NCBI GenBank assembly: GCA_032250835.1
Contig: JAVVEA010000026.1
Span: forward strand, 1 to 23,389
DNA from: a bacterium
GTDB lineage: Bacteria; SAR324; XYD2-FULL-50-16
Direction of reading: 5' to 3'
Length of the DNA: 23,389 nt
The notes under the pieces: model-generated
Told to the model about the DNA's origin: nothing
Databases searched by the model: none
What the model saw: only the letters and a program-made list of their open reading frames with translations
Position numbers and translations under genes: made by a program
Shown: positions 1 to 6,958 of the stretch, piece after piece
How positions within the stretch are numbered: the first letter of the stretch is position 1
Layout: each line of letters starts with the position of its first letter

Positions 1-293
1 CGAACGAGGCTTTGGGACCTTAAAGAAGGACTACGGCTTGAGCCGAGCGAGATACTTGGGCTCCAAAAAGCTCAACTTCGAGTGGACCTTCAGCGGACTC
101 TGTTTCAACGTGAAAAAGGCGGTAAATTTGTGTTTTTAGGGGGATAACTCTGCCCAAAATGGGCGAAACCCCCTAAATTCATAGGGGAATAAGGTCGAAA
201 TAGAGGAAAAGCGGCCTCCTTAAGTCGAAGTTTTGGCGAAAAATCAGCCCCGAAAACCAAAAATTGGAAATCCGACAACTATGCAGCGGTCTT
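1..293 (+). mobile_element. Right-hand part of an IS5-family insertion sequence; candidate terminal inverted repeat near 280-293 (TATGCAGCGGTCTT)
   Basis: Transposase tail followed by ~150 bp of AT-richer non-coding DNA ending in ...TGCAGCGGTCT, resembling the ...TGCAnnGGTCTC ends of IS5-subgroup (IS1106-like) elements. The left end is outside the window, so the exact boundary is unverified. Confidence 0.6.
2..139 (+). CDS. IS5-family DDE transposase, C-terminal fragment (gene starts upstream of the window)
   Basis: Frame 2 reads ERGFGTLKKDYGLSRARYLGSKKLNFEWTFSGLCFNVKKAVNLCF*, matching the IS5-family C-terminal pattern (ERxFGTLK..YG..RARYLG..K.....N.KK); TAG at 137-139. Not in the supplied ORF track. 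Confidence 0.85.
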   Translation, partial: ERGFGTLKKDYGLSRARYLGSKKLNFEWTFSGLCFNVKKAVNLCF

Positions 294-296
294 TCT

Positions 297-1058
297 TTAA
301 GTCCACTGCACCCCACGGCGGCTTAGGTTGCCAAATTCAAAGCCCTCCATGGGAAAACTGACCTTGCGGCCCCAAGCGGCCCCTGCCGCCCAAAGCAAGG
401 GCAAGAAATGTTCGTCACTCGGGTGGTTGGCCTGCGCTAGGGGGGCCTTTTGTCGCCAGTCCAGCAGGTCCTCGGGGCTTTCTTGAACCAACGCCTGGGC
501 CACCCAAGCATCAAAGGCCAGGGCTTGCGGCTCAGCGATTTGGGCCGAATAGTCCAACTGGGCTAGGTTGTGGGTCACCGCCCCACTGCCCACCAGCACC
601 ACCCCTTCGCCGCAGAGCGGGGCGAGCCTTTGACCCCACTCAAAAAGGGCCCGGTCCCCCATCTGGGGCAAGGACAGCTGCAACAGGGGCACCTGGGCCT
701 CGGGCCAGAAGCTTACCAGCGGCACCCAAGCCCCGTGGTCCAATCGGCGCTCGGTCTGGGTTATGGGCCCCAACAATTCGGCCAGTCTTTCGGCTAGCCA
801 GGGGGCCCCCGGAGCGGGGTATTGGACCTGATACAGAGGCTTGGGGAAGCCAGAAAAGTCGTAGATCAGCTGCTCATGCCGACCCAACTGGCCTAAACTG
901 GGCTCCTTAGTCTGCCAATGAGCCGAGAGGATCAAGGCCGCCTTGGGCCGCTCAATAGCCGCCCCCCAACGGCCCCATTGGGCAACCTGCTCGGCGTTGA
1001 GCAGCGTCAAGGGGGCTCCATGAGAAAAAAAGAGAACCGGCTGGGAATGAGGCATCAT
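297..1058 (-). CDS. DODA/YgiD-type class III extradiol ring-cleavage dioxygenase (LigB family)
   Basis: Motifs FFSHGAP, LILSAHW, IYDFSGFP..LY...YPAPG, RRLDHGAWVPL, GSGAVTHNL, HPSDEHFLPL. Start moved to the ATG at 1058 (or 1055) because an AGGAG RBS lies at 1064-1068 on the minus strand. Confidence 0.9.
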   Translation of the reverse strand: MMPHSQPVLFFSHGAPLTLLNAEQVAQWGRWGAAIERPKAALILSAHWQTKEPSLGQLGRHEQLIYDFSGFPKPLYQVQYPAPGAPWLAERLAELLGPITQTERRLDHGAWVPLVSFWPEAQVPLLQLSLPQMGDRALFEWGQRLAPLCGEGVVLVGSGAVTHNLAQLDYSAQIAEPQALAFDAWVAQALVQESPEDLLDWRQKAPLAQANHPSDEHFLPLLWAAGAAWGRKVSFPMEGFEFGNLSRRGVQWT

Positions 1059-1708
1059 CAAGTCTCCTAAAGTTTTTCCTATGGGGGCACGGGCCCTAAC
1101 CAAACCTCCTGGCCTTTCACAGGCCCGCTGGTGGCGATTTGGTTTCCCTTACGGTGGGTGTTGCACCGACGACCTAGGGCCGCCAAATAACCCCCAAGCT
1201 TCGGCGCGGCAGGTCTTAAAGGCCCGCAGGGGGAGTGAGCCCGCCGAAACCGTCGGTGCCTTGCCGTCGCCCGCCTCGCCCCAAAGAAGCCCTTAGGCGT
1301 AAAGGATAGCCCCTTTGGCAAAAGATTTAAAGCTTCCTTTAAAGGCTAAAATTCCCCAGTTTTAGGCCCCCTAAACCAAAGCAGCAGAAACCCGCCTTGT
1401 CCGGCTACAGGGCTATCCCCCAGGGCCAGGGAGGTAAAAGCGCGGCGGAAGGCTCTAAGGCTGTGAGGGATTTTTCAAGAGACCGCCTGCCTATTATTAC
1501 GGTCTGTGGGCTATTGTCGCAGAATCTGCGGCGATAGCTGGCCTGTTAGGACCCAACCCAACCGGCCTGCCTCTGCTTCGGCTTTGTCCTTTAAGGCGAT
1601 TTTCATGCCCCCTGCACCCCCTAGGGGGTTTAGGCGCTAAAGCCTGATAAAAAGCCTATATAGAGCCCCACGCCAGCGATTTAGCGTCAAATTGCCACAA
1701 AAAACAGG

Positions 1709-1738
1709 TTCCATTTTTTTTCGTGGCGGTGGTAGAAT
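1709..1738 (+). promoter_or_regulatory. Putative sigma70 extended -10 promoter for the TAXI-TRAP operon
   Basis: TG-G-TAGAAT at 1730-1738 (extended -10) with a weak -35 (TTCCAT, 1709-1714), ~120 bp upstream of the ATG at 1856. Confidence 0.45.
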
Positions 1739-1855
1739 AACTCACGACCATTGTCTTTTGTCCGTGGGGCGGTTTTGCCCGGTAGCGGCCCTCGCAGGAC
1801 CGAAGCCATTGCGACCATCCGGGGCAATCAGGACTAACCCAACAAGGAGCGGCAA

Positions 1856-2830
1856 ATGAACCGAAGATTCTTTAGCACCACCCTGGCTCTTTTGGCTGGC
1901 CTATTGATGGCAACCACGGCCCAAGCAGCGGATTTCCTAAAGTTCACCGGCGGCCCTAGCGGCGGCACCTTCCAGTACTTTTCCAGCGGCATGTCTGGGT
2001 ATCTTTCTAAGGAGACCAAGGGGCTTAAGGTTTCTAACCAAGCTTCCCGCGGTTCGGTGGAAAATATCCGCAAAATCGACTCGGGCCGGGCGGACTACGG
2101 CATTGCCTACTCTGGCGACCTCTACTTAGCCCGCAACGGCAAGCTTTCGGGGGACGATAAAAAATACCTCAACGCCCGCGCCGTATCTTTCTTATACAAG
2201 GCCCCGGCTCAGTTGGTGGTCTTAAAGGGATCGGACATCATGAAGGTCGAAGACCTCAAGGGCAAGAAAGTGGCCTTAGGCGGCCCCGGTTCGGGAGCGG
2301 CGGCCAGCGCCGAGCGCTTCTTTAGGACCGTCGGCCTGTGGGACGAGATCGACCGTCAATTCTTGGGTTATTCCAAAGCCGCCGACGCCATGAAAGACGG
2401 GCACATCGACGCCATGTGGATTTTAGCCGGTTACCCGACCCGCGCGGTGATCGAATTAGCGGCCACTAAAGAGGTCCGCCTGTTGAACTTAGACGAGATC
2501 GCCGAAGCCAAGGGTCTGTACCGCGACATGCCCTTTTATCAGAAGCTAAAAATCCCGGCAAACACCTACGAAGGCGTGACCACCGAGACCAGCAGCTTCT
2601 TCGACTCGGCCCTTTGGATTGCCAGCCATAAGGTCAAAGACGACGTCATGCACCGCAGCATCGAGATCATCTATTCTGACAAAGGCTTGGCCCACTTGAT
2701 CAGCGTCAAAAAAACGGCCAAGCAGATGTCTGTCGAAGGCGCTTTGACCGGTATCGTCACGCCAGTGCACCCCGGTGCCATTAAATTTTGGACCGAAAAG
2801 GGCCTGAGCATCGCGGACAATCAAAAGTAA
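1856..2830 (+). CDS. TAXI-family TRAP transporter solute-binding protein
   Basis: Signal peptide ending AQA; GGPSGGTF..F, S.GSVENI, DLKGKKVALGGPGSG, DG.IDA, IPANTY.G, P.HPGA.KF motifs; AAGGAG RBS upstream. Confidence 0.95.
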   Translation: MNRRFFSTTLALLAGLLMATTAQAADFLKFTGGPSGGTFQYFSSGMSGYLSKETKGLKVSNQASRGSVENIRKIDSGRADYGIAYSGDLYLARNGKLSGDDKKYLNARAVSFLYKAPAQLVVLKGSDIMKVEDLKGKKVALGGPGSGAAASAERFFRTVGLWDEIDRQFLGYSKAADAMKDGHIDAMWILAGYPTRAVIELAATKEVRLLNLDEIAEAKGLYRDMPFYQKLKIPANTYEGVTTETSSFFDSALWIASHKVKDDVMHRSIEIIYSDKGLAHLISVKKTAKQMSVEGALTGIVTPVHPGAIKFWTEKGLSIADNQK

Positions 2831-2842
2831 ATTCCAACCCCA

Positions 2843-2865
2843 GGCCTGCCCCCTCGGGGCAGGCC
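2843..2865 (+). other. Intercistronic 10-bp perfect GC stem-loop without a U-tract
   Basis: GGCCTGCCCC-CTC-GGGGCAGGCC between the binding-protein and permease genes. Confidence 0.7.
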
Positions 2866-2885
2866 CCACCGGAGAATAGGCGCCG

Positions 2886-4844
2886 ATGGACTCCACCAGC
2901 CAGCCCGTACCCGAACAAAAGCTTCAAGAAATCTTAGAACAGGACTCCAAGTCCGTGCGGAACCTGACCGGGTTTTGGTACTGGATCACCGCCACCTTAG
3001 GGGTGGGGTTGGTTCTGTTTTATTTCACCACCGCCGGTCTGCGGCCCATGGGGCCCCAGTACCACCGGGGCATCTATGTGCTCTTGACCTTTGTCCTGAT
3101 CTTTCTGTTTTACCCCATCAAAGGCAAGGCCCGGGAATCGCCCAAGCCCAACTGGTTGGACATAACGCTGGCCATAATCTCGGCGGCGGTCTGCATCTAT
3201 TGGATCCATGAGTTCGAAAACCTCAACCTACGGGCCGGGGCGGAAAACGACATGGATTATCTCGTCGGGGTGATCGGTTTGCTGATCAGTGTTGAGGTCG
3301 CCCGGCGGGTTTTAGGCTGGTCCATGACCGCCATCGGCCTGTTCATGCTCTGCTACGCCTACTTCGGCGAATTCTTCCCCGGCATGATCCAGCACAGCGG
3401 TTTTACCGCCAAAGAAATCGCCGTAGAGCTATTCATCAGCACCAACGGGGTCTTCGGGGTGATGGCCAACGTCTTGGCGACCTACGTGATCCTCTTCATC
3501 TTCTTTGGTGCCTTCCTGCATAAATCCGGTGCCGGTAAGTTCTTTCTGGATTTGCCTTTGTCTATGGTGGCCAACTCGGTGGGCGGCCCCGCCAAGGTGA
3601 GTGTGATTGCCTCAGCAATCTTCGGCTCCATTTCTGGTTCGGCCATCGCCAACACCGTCTCGACCGGTACCTTCACCATCCCGCTGATGAAAAAAGCGGG
3701 CTTCCGCCCCCACGTGGCCGGGGCCATCGAGCCTGCCGCCTCGATTGGGGGTATGTTCCTGCCGCCGGTGATGGGGGCCGGGGGCTTTATCATGGCCGAG
3801 TTATTGGAGGTGCCCTACTCTTATATTATGGGCGTCGCCATCTTCCCGGCCTTGATGTACTTCTTCGCCGTTTACGTGATGATCCACTTTGAGGCCAAAA
3901 AATATGGCCTGCGTGGCACCGCCGGAATGGAGGTACCCAAGACCCGCGAAGTCTTAAAGAAGGGATGGTACAAAAGCCTGCCCTTGATCATCATCACCCT
4001 CTTGATGGTCATCGGTAAGTCTCCGGGCTTCGCCGCCTTTTGGGCCACCATCAGCTGTGTGGCGGTCAGTTGGCCAGACCCCGAAACCCGCATGGGCTTT
4101 AAACAAATTTGGGAAGCCATGGTTGACGGCTCGCGCCAGACCTTGGTGATCGGGGCCACGGTGGGCGTGATCGGGATTATCGTGGGCACCATCGAACTGA
4201 CCGGGATTGGCCTGCAATTCTCTTCGCTGATCATCTCCGCCGCCGAAGGATTGAGTTTTAACTTAGCCAGCCAAATTTTGATCACCGTGTTCTTGATCGC
4301 TCTGGCCTCTTTGGTTTTAGGCATGGGCGTGCCGGTGACGGCGGCCTACCTGATCACCGTGGTGCTGGTCGCTCCTTCTTTAAGCGAATTGGGCGTGAGC
4401 CTGATTGCGGCGCATATGATCGTTTACTGGTTTAGTCAGGACTCCAACATCACCCCGCCGGTCTGCGTCGCCGCCTATGCCGGGGCGGCCATCGCCGGGG
4501 CAGACCCCTGGAAGACTGGCTGGACTTCCTTTAAATACGCCAAGATGTTGTATGTGATGCCGATCCTCTTCGCCTTTGTCCCGGCGATTCTACTCAACGA
4601 CAGCCTAGACCAGATATTGATCGCTATGGTCAGTTGTCTGCTGGGCACCATAACCTTCTCGGGGATCACCCAAGGGTACTTCCTGCGGCGCACCACTTGG
4701 CCCGAGTGGTTTTACCTCATCCCCACCACGTTGCTGTTGTACTGGCCTAGCATTGAAACCACTTTGGTGGGCGTCGGTATGGCCTTGGGGCTCGCCTTCT
4801 GGCAGCGCCGCCGTGAGGATTTAGTCACCCTGATGCCCGAATAA
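2886..4844 (+). CDS. TRAP transporter fused permease (DctQ-DctM fusion, TAXI-associated 4TM/12TM type)
   Basis: Highly hydrophobic 652 aa; GGPAKV..IAS..FGSISGSAIAN..STGTFTIPLMKKAG, GG..LPPVMGAGGFIMAE, LGMG.P.TAAY, SNITPPVC.AAYA motifs. Confidence 0.95.
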   Translation: MDSTSQPVPEQKLQEILEQDSKSVRNLTGFWYWITATLGVGLVLFYFTTAGLRPMGPQYHRGIYVLLTFVLIFLFYPIKGKARESPKPNWLDITLAIISAAVCIYWIHEFENLNLRAGAENDMDYLVGVIGLLISVEVARRVLGWSMTAIGLFMLCYAYFGEFFPGMIQHSGFTAKEIAVELFISTNGVFGVMANVLATYVILFIFFGAFLHKSGAGKFFLDLPLSMVANSVGGPAKVSVIASAIFGSISGSAIANTVSTGTFTIPLMKKAGFRPHVAGAIEPAASIGGMFLPPVMGAGGFIMAELLEVPYSYIMGVAIFPALMYFFAVYVMIHFEAKKYGLRGTAGMEVPKTREVLKKGWYKSLPLIIITLLMVIGKSPGFAAFWATISCVAVSWPDPETRMGFKQIWEAMVDGSRQTLVIGATVGVIGIIVGTIELTGIGLQFSSLIISAAEGLSFNLASQILITVFLIALASLVLGMGVPVTAAYLITVVLVAPSLSELGVSLIAAHMIVYWFSQDSNITPPVCVAAYAGAAIAGADPWKTGWTSFKYAKMLYVMPILFAFVPAILLNDSLDQILIAMVSCLLGTITFSGITQGYFLRRTTWPEWFYLIPTTLLLYWPSIETTLVGVGMALGLAFWQRRREDLVTLMPE

Positions 4845-4857
4845 CAGGAGTCTTTAA

Positions 4858-5310
4858 ATGGAACAGTTCAAAAAAATATTGGTTGGCGTAGACTTAGACC
4901 ACCAAGGCTTTGAAAGTACCATATCTCAGGCGGCGGGCATCGCCGCTTGCGCCGGTGCGGAGGTCGAAGTCGCCTATGTCTGCCCTGACTATGTCTCGAA
5001 CGCCTTTTTGGAGGCTTATTTAGACCAGAGCGTCTTAGAACAGGCCGCGAGCAGTTACCAAGAACGCCTCAACGAATTGTGCCAAAAGGTCATGCCCGCC
5101 AATGTACCCTGGCGCATCGAGTTGGGCCGCCGCAAAGGGCACAACGCCTACCAATACCTGACCAGCCGCGCCAAAGAAGAGAATTTCGACCTGATCATCA
5201 TCGGCGAACACGACCGCCACGGCTTCGACCATATCTGGCTGGGGAGCAATGCAGAAAAGGTGGTCCGCTATGCGCCTTGTACGGTGATGGTGATCAAACA
5301 CAAAACCTAG
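4858..5310 (+). CDS. Universal stress protein (UspA domain)
   Basis: FKKILVGVD at the N-terminus; DLIIIG.H......WLGSNAEKVVRYAPC.V.VIK at the C-terminus; AGGAG RBS. Confidence 0.93.
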   Translation: MEQFKKILVGVDLDHQGFESTISQAAGIAACAGAEVEVAYVCPDYVSNAFLEAYLDQSVLEQAASSYQERLNELCQKVMPANVPWRIELGRRKGHNAYQYLTSRAKEENFDLIIIGEHDRHGFDHIWLGSNAEKVVRYAPCTVMVIKHKT

Positions 5311-6069
5311 ATGGACTATTTAAGCACCTGGGAATTGGTGCTCTGTATCGCGGCGGCGGCGCTGGGTGGTTGGGCCACGGCGTTGGTTGGCACCGGGGGT
5401 CTGATCACCATCCCCGTATATCTTCTTTGCGGTATCCCGCCTTTTTTTGTGTTGGGCACCAACAAAGCGGTCTTGGTGGCCGGTATTTCTCAATCCGCCT
5501 GGAAATACGCCCGGGTCGGTATGGTCCGGTGGGACTTCTTAAAAAAGGCCGCCCTACCGGGCCTCTTGTTGCCCACAGCCGCCAGCTGGGCCGCCCTGCA
5601 GATGGAAGGGGCCGATTGGGCGGCGGTGATTGCCGTGGTCGTCCTTTTGGCCACCTTATCCTCCTGGCCTGCCGAACGCAGCTGGCAGCAACGCTTACAA
5701 CTCCCCCAAAAATCCCGCGGCCCGGTGTTTGTGGTGCTGTGGCTTTATGACGGCTTTGCCGGTCCCCTTTCGGGGGCCCTGTTCTTTTTGGGACTCAACA
5801 AAACCCATGGGCAAGACCGGCCCGAGGACGTCCGCCTCGATCTTGGCACCAGCCGTTGGTTGCAGTTTATCAGTGTCTTAGGGAGTTCGACGTTGATGGT
5901 CTGGCGGGGGCAGGTGCTTTGGGAGTTGTTTTTTTATCTGGCTGCCGCTTCGATTTTAGGCAACCTCGCCGGGGCCCAAATGGGGTCCCACCTCAACCCC
6001 AAGGCCATACGCTGGGTGCTCTTTGGCTTTTGCCTCGCCAGTTCCTTGAGCCTGCTCGCCAAGCTGTAA
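5311..6069 (+). CDS. TSUP family (TauE/SafE, YfcA-like) membrane transporter, divergent
   Basis: GTGGLITIP....GIPP...LGTNK and LYDGFAGP.SG motifs, GNLAGAQMG near the C-terminus, multiple hydrophobic segments; ATG directly abuts the USP stop codon. Confidence 0.8.
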   Translation: MDYLSTWELVLCIAAAALGGWATALVGTGGLITIPVYLLCGIPPFFVLGTNKAVLVAGISQSAWKYARVGMVRWDFLKKAALPGLLLPTAASWAALQMEGADWAAVIAVVVLLATLSSWPAERSWQQRLQLPQKSRGPVFVVLWLYDGFAGPLSGALFFLGLNKTHGQDRPEDVRLDLGTSRWLQFISVLGSSTLMVWRGQVLWELFFYLAAASILGNLAGAQMGSHLNPKAIRWVLFGFCLASSLSLLAKL

Positions 6070-6161
6070 TCCTCAGGAATAGTCCTTAGGACTTTACCAA
6101 GCGTTCCGTTACTAGTATCATCTGCGCTAAGCCATATTAAAACCAACCAGTGAGGCCCCTC

Positions 6162-6938
6162 ATGCGCTTGATCGCCCTGTTATCTCTTGTCTTATTTGCT
6201 GCGGCTTGCGGCCCGACTATGCCGGACCGAATCCACCCCGAATTACTCGAAAAGCCTAGCGACGAGTTGGCCGACCGGTTGGAGATGGTCGAACGAGAGA
6301 TTATCTTGATCCCTGACCAAAAAGAAAAGCTCGGTGAGAAGATGCTGGCCACCAAGGTCACCTTAAAGGCCGCCGAAAAGGCGCTGGCCCAAGCCACTGA
6401 AGAGCAAAAAAGCCTCAAAGCGGCTTTGAGCGAAGCCAATAAAGCCAAAGACCAAGCCAAAATCGATCAGCTGACCCAAGAATTGGCCCAAAAGGACCAG
6501 GAAGTGGCCCAACGCGCCGCCATACGCGACTATCAAGCAGAAGCCCAAAAAACCCAGCAGGCTAAGTTGGACCTGCTCAACGCCCAGTTGAGCGCTAAGG
6601 TCGCCGAACAAATGTTGGTGCAGGCCCAGATTGCCCAAGAATTCCAAGCCACCGAAGAGGGGCAAGCAATGAAGGGCCATGAGCCGATCAACCCGGAGCC
6701 CTTCCAAAAATATCTTGAGGCAGTCCAAAAAAAGCTAGCCGAACAGGTCAAAAAGACTGGCGAGCAAGCGGCCCATTTTGAGTCTTTGACCCAGCCCGAA
6801 CCGGTGGCCGCACCGACCACCGAGGCCCCAGCGGCTACCCAAGCCTCCCCGATGGAAGAACCAGCTCCCGAAGCGGCTACCCAAGCCGCCTCGATGGAAG
6901 AACCAGCCCCCGAAGCGGCCACACCGGCCACCCCCTAA
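6162..6938 (+). CDS. Hypothetical lipoprotein with a long coiled coil and a Pro/Ala/Glu/Thr-rich repetitive tail
   Basis: MRLIALLSLVLFAAA-C lipoprotein-type signal; E/K/Q/A-rich helical body. Start set at ATG 6162 because of the TGAGG RBS at 6151-6155 (track start is GTG 6150). Confidence 0.8.
   Translation: MRLIALLSLVLFAAACGPTMPDRIHPELLEKPSDELADRLEMVEREIILIPDQKEKLGEKMLATKVTLKAAEKALAQATEEQKSLKAALSEANKAKDQAKIDQLTQELAQKDQEVAQRAAIRDYQAEAQKTQQAKLDLLNAQLSAKVAEQMLVQAQIAQEFQATEEGQAMKGHEPINPEPFQKYLEAVQKKLAEQVKKTGEQAAHFESLTQPEPVAAPTTEAPAATQASPMEEPAPEAATQAASMEEPAPEAATPATP
6831..6922 (+). repeat. In-frame 42-bp tandem repeat (2 full copies plus a partial third), encoding AATQAxxMEEPAPE
   Basis: Copies at 6831-6872 and 6873-6914 match at 39/42 positions; partial copy GCGGCCAC starts at 6915. 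Confidence 0.92.
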
Positions 6939-6958
6939 GTTTTTAAAGGTAACTTAAA

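Noticed and set aside
1100-1178. Cobalamin-riboswitch-like words on the minus strand (AAGGGAA, CTGTGA, GCCAGGAG)
   Set aside because: The T-loop hairpin after AGGGAA, the CCCGC segment and the ACCTGCC end of the B12 box are missing; not called without a covariance-model hit.
1079-1321. Short ORFs 1079-1321 (-) and 1081-1296 (+)
   Set aside because: Arg/Pro/Gly-rich, no recognisable motif or convincing RBS; typical of GC-rich non-coding DNA.
1316-1332. TGGCA... as a sigma54 -24/-12 promoter
   Set aside because: The GC dinucleotide at -12 is absent (TTAA instead of TTGC).
1478-1494. AGAGACCGCCTGCCTAT resembling the reverse complement of the IS end at 280-293
   Set aside because: Only ~7 contiguous matches, needs gaps, and no transposase remnant follows.
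6831-6922. CRISPR-like repeat
   Set aside because: Contiguous in-frame coding repeats with no spacers and no cas genes.
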